From: an uncultured candidate division Zixibacteria bacterium
GTDB taxonomy: Bacteria; Zixibacteria; MSB-5A5; GN15; PGXB01
Direction of reading: 5' to 3'
DNA: 64,000 nt
Assembly (NCBI GenBank): GCA_963702205.1
Contig: OY969724.1
Location: 2,784,001 to 2,848,000, forward strand
Under the pieces are notes generated by a model that saw nothing but the letters and a program-made list of their open reading frames with translations, did not search any database and was not told where the DNA came from. Position numbers and translations under genes: made by a program. Below are positions 9,970 to 19,847 of this stretch, one piece after another (the first letter of the stretch is position 1; the number at the start of each line of letters is the position of its first letter).

Positions 9970-9996
9970 ATATCGGAAATGTTTATACAGTCTTTA
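9970..9996 (-). promoter_or_regulatory. Sigma28-like promoter upstream of mltD
   Basis: TAAA-N15-TCCGATAT (consensus TAAA-N15-GCCGATAA). Confidence 0.5.
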
Positions 9997-10054
9997 CGTT
10001 TTCCCCTCATAACCTGTTGTTATATATATGAAATCCTCGGCGACGGTGTCAAGA

Positions 10055-11002
10055 TTAAATATTCCTCCCCTCCACAATATTTATAAGACAATCCAAAACA
10101 CCCTCGGGTTTATCGCAAAATTGAACATTTTGCATGCCCCTCAGCCAGGTAATCTGCCTTTTGGCGAAGCGCCGGGAATTTTGTTTGATCAAATTCACGG
10201 CCTCGTCGAAGCCGAGACGGCCATCCTTAAAATCAAATAACTCGTTATACCCGATTGCATTAATTTGCCTAACCTGGTCTTTCAGACCCATTTTTATGAT
10301 CATATCGATTTCATCTTGCAGGCCGCGCTTCAGCATCAAGTCCACTCGCGAATTTATTTTTTCATATAGATGATCTCGCGGCGGCAAATAGCATATTATT
10401 TTAAAGTCGTATATTTTTTTATACGATCCGACGGCTGTAATTTCCGATTTTGTTTTGCCGGTCAAATAATAAATTTCGAGCGCCCGAATGACTTTTTTTA
10501 CATTATTCGGATGGACCTTATAAGCTTCGATCGGGTCTATATTTTTCAGTTTATCGTGAAGAACCTCAGGGCTGTCGGTTTCAGCCAGTCTTTCAAGCTC
10601 GTCCCTGATTGCGAAATCGCCGTCGGGTATTTCGACAATTCCCTCAGCCAGAGACTTGATATACAGCCCCGTCCCGCCGCATACGATCGGTAAGTGCCGC
10701 CGGCCCAATATTTCTCCGATCAGCCTATTGGCCCGCTCTACAAAATGGAAAGCTGTGAATCTCTCCCCCGGTTCGACACAATCGACCAGATGAATCGAAT
10801 AGCGCGAGATTTCTTCGGCGTTCGGTTTGTCGGTACCGATATTAAGCTGTCTGTATATTTGACGGGAATCAGCCGAAATCATTTCGAGACCGGTATGCCG
10901 GTCCATAAAATCGAAGACCAGGGACGTCTTGCCCGCTCCGGTAGGGCCGGTTAAAACCGGTATGACGGGAGCTTTATCGCCCGAATTTGGCATCGAGTTC
11001 AT
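10055..11002 (-). CDS. miaA: tRNA dimethylallyltransferase
   Basis: GPTGAGKT, DSRQIYRQLNIGTDKP, GGTGLY and RRFAKRQITW motifs. The start may be at 10993. Confidence 0.96.
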   Translation of the reverse strand: MNSMPNSGDKAPVIPVLTGPTGAGKTSLVFDFMDRHTGLEMISADSRQIYRQLNIGTDKPNAEEISRYSIHLVDCVEPGERFTAFHFVERANRLIGEILGRRHLPIVCGGTGLYIKSLAEGIVEIPDGDFAIRDELERLAETDSPEVLHDKLKNIDPIEAYKVHPNNVKKVIRALEIYYLTGKTKSEITAVGSYKKIYDFKIICYLPPRDHLYEKINSRVDLMLKRGLQDEIDMIIKMGLKDQVRQINAIGYNELFDFKDGRLGFDEAVNLIKQNSRRFAKRQITWLRGMQNVQFCDKPEGVLDCLINIVEGRNI

Positions 11003-12821
11003 CTTTGGTCAACCGAAGAATGACAGGGCGGCCGTGAGGGCAGGTGTGATGGTTACGGCAGGCGTATAACTGGCTTATCAAGGCGCGGGCTTCGGTTTCG
11101 GTCGTTTTATCGCCGTGCATGACGGCTCCCCGGCAGGCAATAGACTGCGCGATACTTTTCCTGAGGTCGAAACCGGCCCGGTCGGCACGCTCGATATCGG
11201 TGATTATCTCGTCGAATGATTTCTCCGGGGATTTCTTGGATAGTGCCGCAGGCACTGCGGACAATAAGACAGTGGTGGCGCCAAACGGTTCGGCAACAAA
11301 GCCGGACGCCTCAAGAGCCTCGGCGGCCATTTCAAAAAGCGAATACCGATCGGCCGCCAGTTCGATATTTACCGGAAACAGAAGATTCTGCGACACGCCG
11401 GAGCCTTTATCCATCGCGGCCAGCGTTTGTTCGTAAAGCACCCGTTCGTGCGCCGCATGCTGATCGACAATATATAACATGTTTTGATCCGAAAACATAA
11501 GGTACAGTTTCGCGAATTGCCCCAGGTATTGATAGCGCTCGAATTCTGGCTCAACTGTAGGTGTTGAGCCTGGCTCAATGGCGGGAGTTTCTTCGGCTGC
11601 GGGCAATCCGACGTGCACCGGTTCGGCATGCGACTGTCCGGCGGTATTTTCTTCGGCCTCACCTCGGTATAGTTTCTTTAACAAGCTTATATCGAGATTT
11701 TTTGTCGGCTGTTGTTGTGACGGCACCGCCTGATGATCGAATCGAGGCCCGGTTTCGCCGGGCAGACTCGGTGGCGGCCCCAGTACCGTCGGAGTCGGGA
11801 GGATGCCGGTTTCGCGCAGGGTCCGCTTGACAGCTTCGTGCAGCAGGTCGTGGATCATCCGTTCCTGAGACAGACGCACTTCGGCTTTGGTCGGATGCAC
11901 GTTGACATCGACCTGCGCCGGATCGACCGACATAAATACTGCCCCGACCGGGTACTGCCCCTTTTGCAGGAGCTCCTTATAGCCGGAGACAATCCCGTGC
12001 GCCAGCCCCGGAGATTTTATGAAGCGATTATTGATAAACATGTACAGGCCGGTCTGACCGTTGCGGCAGTACAGCGGGTAACTTAAGTACGCTTCTATTT
12101 TGACATCGGAGACGTCGCTTATGACGGTCATCAGTTGATCGACTTTATTTTGAAGTAATATCCGGGCAGTGCGCGACTTGGGATTATTGTCGGTTTCGGA
12201 AAGCTCAAACAGCCTGCGGCCATTGATTCTGTATTTGAAAGCCACGCCGCTTGAACTCAGGGCCATGGCAATGGCGTTTCGATTGAGATACGACGCCTCG
12301 GTCGGTTCAGACTTTAGAAATTTGCGGCGGGCGGGTGTATTGAAAAACAAATTTTCAACTTCGACTTTGGTTCCGTCCGGGGCCGCGACCGGTTTGAGGC
12401 TCTGCACCACACCGCCCTCGATAATGATTTCCATGCCGCTGTCGGCGTCGGCCGTTTTCGAGACCAGGCGCGTGCGGGAGATAGAAGCAATTGACGGTAG
12501 CGCTTCGCCGCGAAACCCGAAACTGATGAGCTTCTCCAGATCGTTGAAGTCGCTGATCTTGCTTGTGGCGTGCCGAGAAAAGGCGATCTCTATCTGATCC
12601 GGTTCGATTCCGCAGCCGTTATCGGTGACAACGATTCGTTTGGTGCCGGACTTTTCGATGTCGACGTCGATCGACGCAGCACCGGCATCGAGAGCGTTTT
12701 CCACCAGCTCTTTTAGAACGGCCGCCGGTCGCTCGATCACCTCACCGGCTGCGATCTTGTTGATCAGGCGTTCCGGGAGCGGACGAATCCAGCGTTTCTT
12801 TATGGCGGGATTATTGCTCAT
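10974..12821 (-). CDS. mutL: DNA mismatch repair endonuclease MutL
   Basis: IAAGEVIERP, GFRGEAL, DQHAAHER, ACR and CPHGRP motifs. Confidence 0.98.
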   Translation of the reverse strand: MSNNPAIKKRWIRPLPERLINKIAAGEVIERPAAVLKELVENALDAGAASIDVDIEKSGTKRIVVTDNGCGIEPDQIEIAFSRHATSKISDFNDLEKLISFGFRGEALPSIASISRTRLVSKTADADSGMEIIIEGGVVQSLKPVAAPDGTKVEVENLFFNTPARRKFLKSEPTEASYLNRNAIAMALSSSGVAFKYRINGRRLFELSETDNNPKSRTARILLQNKVDQLMTVISDVSDVKIEAYLSYPLYCRNGQTGLYMFINNRFIKSPGLAHGIVSGYKELLQKGQYPVGAVFMSVDPAQVDVNVHPTKAEVRLSQERMIHDLLHEAVKRTLRETGILPTPTVLGPPPSLPGETGPRFDHQAVPSQQQPTKNLDISLLKKLYRGEAEENTAGQSHAEPVHVGLPAAEETPAIEPGSTPTVEPEFERYQYLGQFAKLYLMFSDQNMLYIVDQHAAHERVLYEQTLAAMDKGSGVSQNLLFPVNIELAADRYSLFEMAAEALEASGFVAEPFGATTVLLSAVPAALSKKSPEKSFDEIITDIERADRAGFDLRKSIAQSIACRGAVMHGDKTTETEARALISQLYACRNHHTCPHGRPVILRLTKDELDAKFGR

Positions 12822-15423
12822 CGAGTTTTTCTTTCAGGCGATGCAGCATCTTAAGGGCATCGACCGGCGTCAGGTTGTCGATGTCGGTCTTTTTGATTTC
12901 TCCTTCCACTTCCGACGGCTGCCGGTCGAACAGTGAGCGTTGCACTATATTTTTATGGACTCCCCTGGCCAGCGCCGACTGCGAGAATTTTCCGGATTCC
13001 AGAAGTTTTAACAGCTCCCGCGAGCGAGTCAGAGCCGGCCGCGGCACTCCGGCCAGACGGGCCACCTCGATGCCGTAGGAATCATCGCAGCCGCCTGGAA
13101 TTATTTTGTGCAAAAATATAATTTCGTTTTCCCAGCGTTTGACCGCCACCTGACAGTTAAATATTTTATCGTACAGCGCCGCCAACCCGGTTAGCTCATG
13201 ATAGTGAGTGGCGAAAACGGTGCGGGCCCGGTTGTTCTCGTTAATGTATTCCACGACCGACCACGCGATAGAAAGGCCGTCGAAAGTCGACGTCCCCCGG
13301 CCGACCTCATCGAGCAGGATCAGTGACTTCTCCCCGGCGTTGTGCAGGATGTTCGACGTTTCCACCATCTCCACCAGAAACGTCGACTGACCCCGCGCCA
13401 GGTTGTCGATGGCTCCGACCCGCGTGAAAACCCGGTCGACCAGTCCGATGCGGGCCGACTCGGCTGGGACAAAAGAACCGATCTGGGCCAGAATTACGAT
13501 CAGCCCCATCTGGCGCAAATAGGTCGATTTGCCGGACATGTTGGGCCCGGTCAAGATCATAAGTCTGTGAGCATTTGAATTCAAGTCGATATCATTGGCT
13601 ATGAAATTGCCCGCCGGAAGAAGGTTTTCTATTACCGGGTGACGGCCGCCGATGATTTCCAGGTCGGTCGATTCATCGAGTTCGGGGCAGATATAGCTTT
13701 TGTCCGCTGCCAGATTGGCCAGCGAGACAATCAGATCAATTTCGGACAATGCTTCGGCGATCAGGATTATATCTTCGAGACTCCCCGCGACTTCATCGAC
13801 AAGCTCAGCAAACAGCTTTTCTTCGAGTGAGAATATTTTCTCTTCGGCGGCGCTAATCATCTCTTCTTTTTCTTTCAATTCCTCGGTGATATACCGCTCG
13901 CCGTTGACCAGGGTTTGTTTGCGAATGTATCCATCGGGAGCTTTGTCCTGATGCGCTTTGGTAATTTCTATATAGTACCCGAAAACTTTGTTGTAACCGA
14001 CTTTCAGCGACGGTATCCCGGTGCGCTGACGCTCTTTGTTTTGAAGCGATGCGATGTACTTACGGGCGTCGCGGATCGAATCAATCAAAGCATCCAACTC
14101 GGCCGAAAATCCTTTTCTGATAACGCCGCCTTTGTTGGCGGTCATCGGCGGTTCATCGGTCAGGGCGAAACCGATTTTCTCGACAACCATCCCTAAGTCA
14201 GGATAATTGGCGACGATGCTTTTTATGATCTCGCTGTTGCAGTCCGACAGACGGCCAATAATATCCCGCCCCGTTACGAGTCCCTCCTTTAAGGTAGCCA
14301 AAAGACGCGGATTGATTTTGCGCATCCCGAGCCGCCCGGCCAGACGCGCCAGGTCGGGCAATTGGCTTAATTGTGACGGAAGATCGATCGCGAGGTCGCG
14401 GTTATGGTACAGCTCTTTCACGCCCTTTTGTCGGCGTAAAATGGGCACAAGAGTCTTGTATGGGTGCAGCAGGGAGTCGCGCAGCTTGCGGGCGCCGCCC
14501 GCCGATGACGTTTTATTGACCGCCGCGAACAGGGAGTTTTTCTCGCCCTGGTCCGACAGGTTGCGCGAAATTTCAAGATTCCTGACCGTGTTATAATCGA
14601 GCACCATGCACTGGGTGTTGTCCGCCGGAAGAATTTTCGTGATATGATCCAGCTTGGTGCGATTGGTTTCCTGCAGGTACCTGTAGATTGCGCCGGCGGC
14701 GGTTATACCATACTTTGTCTGTCCGATACCGAACCCGTCGAGGGTACTTACTCCGAAAAATTCGCACAGCTCCCGCAGCGCCGTCTTATAATCGAAATTC
14801 CAGTTCTCGAACGGCGTGAACCCCTTTTGACCGCCCGACTTGAGCAGGCCGACAAATTCACCGTCGTAATCGTCGGGGTACAATATTTCTTTGGGCGACA
14901 ATATCTGAATCGACTCGGTCATACGGTCGGTCGGACCTTCATCGACAAAAAACTGCCCGGTCGTAAGGTCAATCGCGGCCAGCCCGCAGTCAGCGTCGCC
15001 CAGCGGTACGTAGACCGCCGCCAGATAAGTCGTGCCCGAAGCTTCGTAAGCGCTGTCGACCGTGGACGTACCGGGAGTGATTATTTCGACGACGTCGCGT
15101 TTGACCACACCTTTGGCCAGTTTGGGGTCTTCGATCTGCTCGACAATGACGACCTTCTCGCCCGCTTCCAGAAGCCGCGCCAGGTACTTATCGGCACTGT
15201 GGTACGGCACTCCGGCCAGCGGGATTTTTTTGCCGTTCAGGTGCCCCCGTGAAGTCAGGGCAATATTGAGAATTGGCGCCGCTTTGACGGCGTCGTCGTC
15301 GAACATTTCGTAAAAATCACCCATGCGGAAGAATAGAATTTTATCCGGGTAGCGGGCTTTGATATCATAGAACTGCCGCATCACCGGCGTCAGTTTATCG
15401 CGGGCCGAGGCGGACGGATTCAT
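12811..15423 (-). CDS. mutS: DNA mismatch repair protein MutS
   Basis: FRMGDFYE, TGPNMSGKST, STFLVEM, DEVGRGTST and SYGIEVA motifs. Confidence 0.98.
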   Translation of the reverse strand: MNPSASARDKLTPVMRQFYDIKARYPDKILFFRMGDFYEMFDDDAVKAAPILNIALTSRGHLNGKKIPLAGVPYHSADKYLARLLEAGEKVVIVEQIEDPKLAKGVVKRDVVEIITPGTSTVDSAYEASGTTYLAAVYVPLGDADCGLAAIDLTTGQFFVDEGPTDRMTESIQILSPKEILYPDDYDGEFVGLLKSGGQKGFTPFENWNFDYKTALRELCEFFGVSTLDGFGIGQTKYGITAAGAIYRYLQETNRTKLDHITKILPADNTQCMVLDYNTVRNLEISRNLSDQGEKNSLFAAVNKTSSAGGARKLRDSLLHPYKTLVPILRRQKGVKELYHNRDLAIDLPSQLSQLPDLARLAGRLGMRKINPRLLATLKEGLVTGRDIIGRLSDCNSEIIKSIVANYPDLGMVVEKIGFALTDEPPMTANKGGVIRKGFSAELDALIDSIRDARKYIASLQNKERQRTGIPSLKVGYNKVFGYYIEITKAHQDKAPDGYIRKQTLVNGERYITEELKEKEEMISAAEEKIFSLEEKLFAELVDEVAGSLEDIILIAEALSEIDLIVSLANLAADKSYICPELDESTDLEIIGGRHPVIENLLPAGNFIANDIDLNSNAHRLMILTGPNMSGKSTYLRQMGLIVILAQIGSFVPAESARIGLVDRVFTRVGAIDNLARGQSTFLVEMVETSNILHNAGEKSLILLDEVGRGTSTFDGLSIAWSVVEYINENNRARTVFATHYHELTGLAALYDKIFNCQVAVKRWENEIIFLHKIIPGGCDDSYGIEVARLAGVPRPALTRSRELLKLLESGKFSQSALARGVHKNIVQRSLFDRQPSEVEGEIKKTDIDNLTPVDALKMLHRLKEKLDEQ

Positions 15424-16409
15424 CGTGCGACTACTTGAAAAGCTTCGTTTTCCTGTGATTCCAGCCGGGCTTTGAAGGCTATGGCTTCGTCGGATGAAGT
15501 AAATTTCCCGACATAAACCACATAGTAACTTTTATTGGATATTGTCTTGTCTTTTATTTCAATGGGCTGATCGTACTTTTCCATGAATTTCTTCATATCG
15601 CGGGCGTTGTCGCGCATGGAATATACCCCTACCTGCACCGAATAATAGGTGCCGGTGATTTTATCGGCCTCGCCGCCGCCGGATATTTTCAAATCACTGA
15701 ATCCGGACACGAGTTCATCAAGACCGACCGCATCGGGATAACTTTCTTTGAGGATATTATAATACAATATGGCGTCGTCGATGCGTTTCTGCTCGAACGA
15801 ATAGTACGACAGGAAAAAAAGCGACGGAGCGACGACCTCATCGTAGGTCGATTTGGTCAGACCCCGGCAAATTTTCTGCGCCGCGATGTAATCCCGGGCG
15901 TCATACTGCCGCCGCGCCTTTTCGAGTTTCCCTATATCACCGTACATGTGGTCTTCGTTTTCTCTTGTCAATAGTTCTATCTCTCGTTCGGCCGAGGACC
16001 TCTTGCCGATCTTGTCGGCGGCCAGCGAGTACAGACGAATCATCATCGGGCGATACTTTCCGTTTTCCCAATACTGAAGATAACCCAGGGCCGATGACGC
16101 CAGGTTTTCGTAATCGCCGTCGGCCAGATAGTACTGTACCTTACGGCAGACGTTGTCTTCGAGCCATTCGGAAGCCATTCCGGCCTTGAAAGCCGCGTCG
16201 AGGAATTTGGCCGAGGCATAACCATCGGTCTCCAGGAGGGCCTGGCAGTACAGCATCGACCCATCGCGCGTCGTTGCCGTCGCCAGTTGACCTATTTCCT
16301 TCCTGGCGTTATCCAGATCACCTTTTTGAATGAGTTTCAGAACGTCATCCGATGCATAAGCCCCGGAAAATAACGATAATACGAATATGCACAGTACGAA
16401 TTTACGCAT
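15420..16409 (-). CDS. Secreted TPR-like protein with C-terminal SPOR domain
   Basis: Signal peptide, helical repeats and C-terminal YSVQVGVYS..NA..YVVYVGKF..EA. Confidence 0.85.
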   Translation of the reverse strand: MRKFVLCIFVLSLFSGAYASDDVLKLIQKGDLDNARKEIGQLATATTRDGSMLYCQALLETDGYASAKFLDAAFKAGMASEWLEDNVCRKVQYYLADGDYENLASSALGYLQYWENGKYRPMMIRLYSLAADKIGKRSSAEREIELLTRENEDHMYGDIGKLEKARRQYDARDYIAAQKICRGLTKSTYDEVVAPSLFFLSYYSFEQKRIDDAILYYNILKESYPDAVGLDELVSGFSDLKISGGGEADKITGTYYSVQVGVYSMRDNARDMKKFMEKYDQPIEIKDKTISNKSYYVVYVGKFTSSDEAIAFKARLESQENEAFQVVAR

Positions 16410-16424
16410 ACTATTCAGCTTGTG

Positions 16425-17537
16425 TTAACGGCCCGAATAGACGTCCTGCCCGGCAGGCTTTTTCATCCCGGCCAAGCTGCCCCGATTATTGCCATCGGGT
16501 TCGCCGCGTTCCAGCAGTTTGTCCAGGAGCGCCCCGAGTTCTTTCTTATCGCCGGTAGACAAATGCAGCCGGGCCAGTTCCAGCGCGGGAGTGTACGCCT
16601 CGGGGTGGCTTTCCAGCGTCGCGCGCAGATGCTCAATGGCTTCGGCCGTTTCGCCTTTTTTCTGATGATAATCGGCCAGCAACAGACGGGCATCGATATT
16701 GTCGGGCGCGGTTTCGAGAATATCATTGCAGACCGAAGAAATATCACCATACCGACCCAGTTCGAACAGCGCTTTCTTCAGCCGCCCCAGTACCAAACCC
16801 GCCTTGGCTGGTACCGCCGCGACCATCTTGCGCCAGATCTGGACGGCGTCGTCGAGCCGGTCTTCCAGGACGTAGGAATCACCGATTTTCACGTAAGCCG
16901 AAACGCAGGCCGGGTCCATCGAAACCGCCTCTTTGAAAAGCACTCTGGCTTTATGATATTCTTTGTGGTCGAACAGCTTTTCACCCTGATGAAACCGATA
17001 TATGGCCAGACCCTTCTTGGAATGGTCGCCGTCGATTTTTATCAGCTTCTCTTTGATTTCGATAGCCTTATCCCAGTCGCCGGCATTTTCATGAAGCTTG
17101 AGCAGGTTCTCATAAGCCCAGCGGTTGGAGGGGGCGATTTCAATCAATTCCTGCAGGGCTTTTTCTGCCGAATCGGAATCTGACAGCGCCAGAAAGTCCT
17201 CGGTCAGAGCCCGTAAAATCGATTTCTTATCGGAATTCGCCAGATTGTGCCGCAGGGTCAAATCTTTGTGGACCTGAAGCGCCTTATCGGCCTTGCCGTA
17301 TTTCTTGAGAATATCCCCCAGCCTCAGGTAGGCATCGATATTGGTGCTGTCCTCTGCCACGACTTCCCGGAATTTGCTGAAGGCTTCTTCGTCGCGGTTA
17401 TCCAGCAAAGCCCGCAAACCATCGATATAGAGCCTATTATCGGGCTGCTTTTTTTCCTTTTTGTACTGACCGTAATAGAAATAAATCAGCAGCGAGGCAA
17501 TGACAGCCAGCAAAATTATGATGATTACCATATCCAT
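16425..17537 (-). CDS. LapB-like membrane-anchored TPR protein (no C-terminal rubredoxin)
   Basis: N-terminal TM, YIDGLRALL, AYLRLGDIL..G..DKA..VH; lies downstream of a LapA-like gene. Confidence 0.8.
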   Translation of the reverse strand: MDMVIIIILLAVIASLLIYFYYGQYKKEKKQPDNRLYIDGLRALLDNRDEEAFSKFREVVAEDSTNIDAYLRLGDILKKYGKADKALQVHKDLTLRHNLANSDKKSILRALTEDFLALSDSDSAEKALQELIEIAPSNRWAYENLLKLHENAGDWDKAIEIKEKLIKIDGDHSKKGLAIYRFHQGEKLFDHKEYHKARVLFKEAVSMDPACVSAYVKIGDSYVLEDRLDDAVQIWRKMVAAVPAKAGLVLGRLKKALFELGRYGDISSVCNDILETAPDNIDARLLLADYHQKKGETAEAIEHLRATLESHPEAYTPALELARLHLSTGDKKELGALLDKLLERGEPDGNNRGSLAGMKKPAGQDVYSGR

Positions 17538-17549
17538 AGGATTTCCCCG

Positions 17550-17876
17550 TTAGTTCCTTTTCTTTCCCAGTAAATCCTTGCTTTCCTCAATCGGTCGATT
17601 GCGCAGAGCGGTAACTTCGGATATCAGTCCTTTGATAGATTTGTTGGCGTCTCGAAGCTGATTGGTCTGCTTGAGATAAATGGAAATGAACAGCAGCCAG
17701 GCGATCAGGGCTCCCAGGATAAAGGACCAGAAAACCACCGTAATCACCGGGACATCCATTCTTTGGGCGTAAATCAGATTGACGTTTACGGTTTGATCGG
17801 GGCCGCTGTTATATAAGGCAAAACCGACAATAATTGCAATCACCAGGAGTATCAATACCGACCTGAAAACCCACAT
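17550..17876 (-). CDS. LapA family membrane protein
   Basis: Two TM helices with FALYN..Q.V.VN, followed by a coiled coil ending ALRNRP; adjacent to lapB-like gene. Confidence 0.8.
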   Translation of the reverse strand: MWVFRSVLILLVIAIIVGFALYNSGPDQTVNVNLIYAQRMDVPVITVVFWSFILGALIAWLLFISIYLKQTNQLRDANKSIKGLISEVTALRNRPIEESKDLLGKKRN

Positions 17877-17987
17877 ACTTCCTCCTTGGAAGAATTTAGC
17901 TTTTTACTGATCGAACATAACAAACCGGACTAACGGCGTCAATAATTAATCGGTTGCCGTTTTTGATATTATAAAGATCTCCGGCGC

Positions 17988-18641
17988 CTAATCCGTAAAC
18001 TGGAACCCCTTGACGATTTCGGCAAAGTCTTTTTCGAGCGTATCAAAATACCGCCATTCGCCGATGAAATGCATCATATAAATATTATCATCCTTCTTGG
18101 CGAAAAATACCGACCCACCCTGGAAATCCGTCACGATCTCGCCTCGGTCCGAATTCGAACCAGCCCCTTGAATCGATATGGTATATTGAAGCTGTAAGGT
18201 GATTTGGACTCCTTCACCGTCGCCGACAGGGACCTTAAATCGTCTCCGCAACTGGTAGTCGCCATAGAGAATGGGGAATTCGGACAATATCTTCTTTTTC
18301 TCGTCGGACTTGTAGTCATCGGACAATAGCGAGTCCACGAACATATCCAGCGGCAACGACGTCGTATCCACCATTACCGTTACTTTGGGCGTCGTCGTAT
18401 AATTCGGGACCCTCGTATAGGCCGGGGGAATGTCATATTTTTTTTCGGTGAGGATAAGGCGAACCGGGTCATCGCTTTTCTTTGTGCTGGCTTTCCAGAG
18501 ATCATTGAAGGTGATTTTGAAGGGGTATGTGCCGTCCGTGTAGGTGTTACCGTCAACTTCACCCGACTTGCTCTTTTTCCGGGCCTGAGCTGCGGAAAAT
18601 ACTAAGGCTGTCATTACGAAAGCAATTATAAATCTCTTCAT
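17988..18641 (-). CDS. Secreted hypothetical protein
   Basis: Signal peptide (AAQA), GGAGG RBS, 217-aa ORF. Confidence 0.75.
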   Translation of the reverse strand: MKRFIIAFVMTALVFSAAQARKKSKSGEVDGNTYTDGTYPFKITFNDLWKASTKKSDDPVRLILTEKKYDIPPAYTRVPNYTTTPKVTVMVDTTSLPLDMFVDSLLSDDYKSDEKKKILSEFPILYGDYQLRRRFKVPVGDGEGVQITLQLQYTISIQGAGSNSDRGEIVTDFQGGSVFFAKKDDNIYMMHFIGEWRYFDTLEKDFAEIVKGFQFTD

Positions 18642-18722
18642 TTTATTCCTCCCTCAGGTTTTCTAACTATTTATCCATTATACAATTACAAGTCAAGACA
18701 TATTTATTTTTTTTGGCAACAG

Positions 18723-19847
18723 TTACTTGGCCGTAATTTCGGCCCGTTTTTCGGAGTGGACGTGCCCCTTTTTATATTGATCAAAAAGGCGGCCCCACTC
18801 GGTGCGGGAGTATTTGCGGATAATCGATTTGCCGACAGTGGGATACCAGAACCAGTCGTGGTATATATTGCTGGCCATCGGAGCCCAGACCACAAGGGGC
18901 GAATGAAGAGCCACTTTTTCGAGGAATTTGAGCGGGCCCTTGCGAAGCATCTGATCACCCCAGATGACAAACGACTTTTTCGTTTGAAAATGAAAATTAA
19001 TCTCGGCGATGTCTTCGCCCAAAACCTCGATGTCTCTTACATCGGCCACGCCCAGACCCTTTTCATGGCACATTCTTAAATATGGAATGCTCAGCGGATC
19101 GAAGCCCATCAGTTTGGCCGCGATGGCGTCGATCGCCACCGAATCGGCCGAAGCCAATATCAGATTTTTGGAGTGCGGGGTCATGGTTCGCGGACCGGCC
19201 CCGTCGCCACAGACGGTTCCGTCCATGACGGCCAGAATATTCGGGTGCAGCTCCTTCTGCATCATCAACAGGTCGACCAGGACTTCGTGCATATACTTAT
19301 GAGCATAATGCCGGACCTCTTTGAGCAGTCCCCCGAAAGAATTCTTTATCGCCCCGGTCGTGGTCGAATGGCCGTGCGTTTTGACGGTCGGAAGATGGAT
19401 AATCTGCTTCCCGATGTACATCCTGGGAATTTCGATACCCTCGGGGAATATTTCGTTGAGCTTGAGGAGCTTTGATTTGAAATTAAAGACGGTCCACTCG
19501 ACTTCAGGCAGGGCCGTGAATTTAAGCCCGTATTTGTCGAGGACAGGCAGCCACAGGTTGTTGCGCGCGCCTTTCCACGGATGCGTCACGACCGTTTTGT
19601 TTTCGAGCGGGAAAAGCTTATCGGTAGGATAACCGTCTTCAACCAGAGTCTTAACCAACCCCTCGACCTGCCAGGGCTGCGAGGAACAGGCCGGGAAATA
19701 TTTGGTCCAGGACAGGTTCAATTTTATGATCGTATCCTGATTGATATCAATTATGGATTTGTAGTTTATGAGTTCGAGCAGACGGCGATAATCATGGACA
19801 ACATTTTCGGTATTGGTTTTGAGGACGGCAACCTGTGATTTTGACAT
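18723..19847 (-). CDS. DUF362 domain protein
   Basis: KLNLSW..YFPAC, LPTVKTH..TTGAIKN.FG, DGTVCGDGAGP and DSVAIDA motifs. Confidence 0.85.
   Translation of the reverse strand: MSKSQVAVLKTNTENVVHDYRRLLELINYKSIIDINQDTIIKLNLSWTKYFPACSSQPWQVEGLVKTLVEDGYPTDKLFPLENKTVVTHPWKGARNNLWLPVLDKYGLKFTALPEVEWTVFNFKSKLLKLNEIFPEGIEIPRMYIGKQIIHLPTVKTHGHSTTTGAIKNSFGGLLKEVRHYAHKYMHEVLVDLLMMQKELHPNILAVMDGTVCGDGAGPRTMTPHSKNLILASADSVAIDAIAAKLMGFDPLSIPYLRMCHEKGLGVADVRDIEVLGEDIAEINFHFQTKKSFVIWGDQMLRKGPLKFLEKVALHSPLVVWAPMASNIYHDWFWYPTVGKSIIRKYSRTEWGRLFDQYKKGHVHSEKRAEITAK

Noticed and set aside
10974..11002. mutL/miaA overlap as an anomaly
   Set aside because: A short overlap in a common mutL-miaA operon; both proteins look complete.
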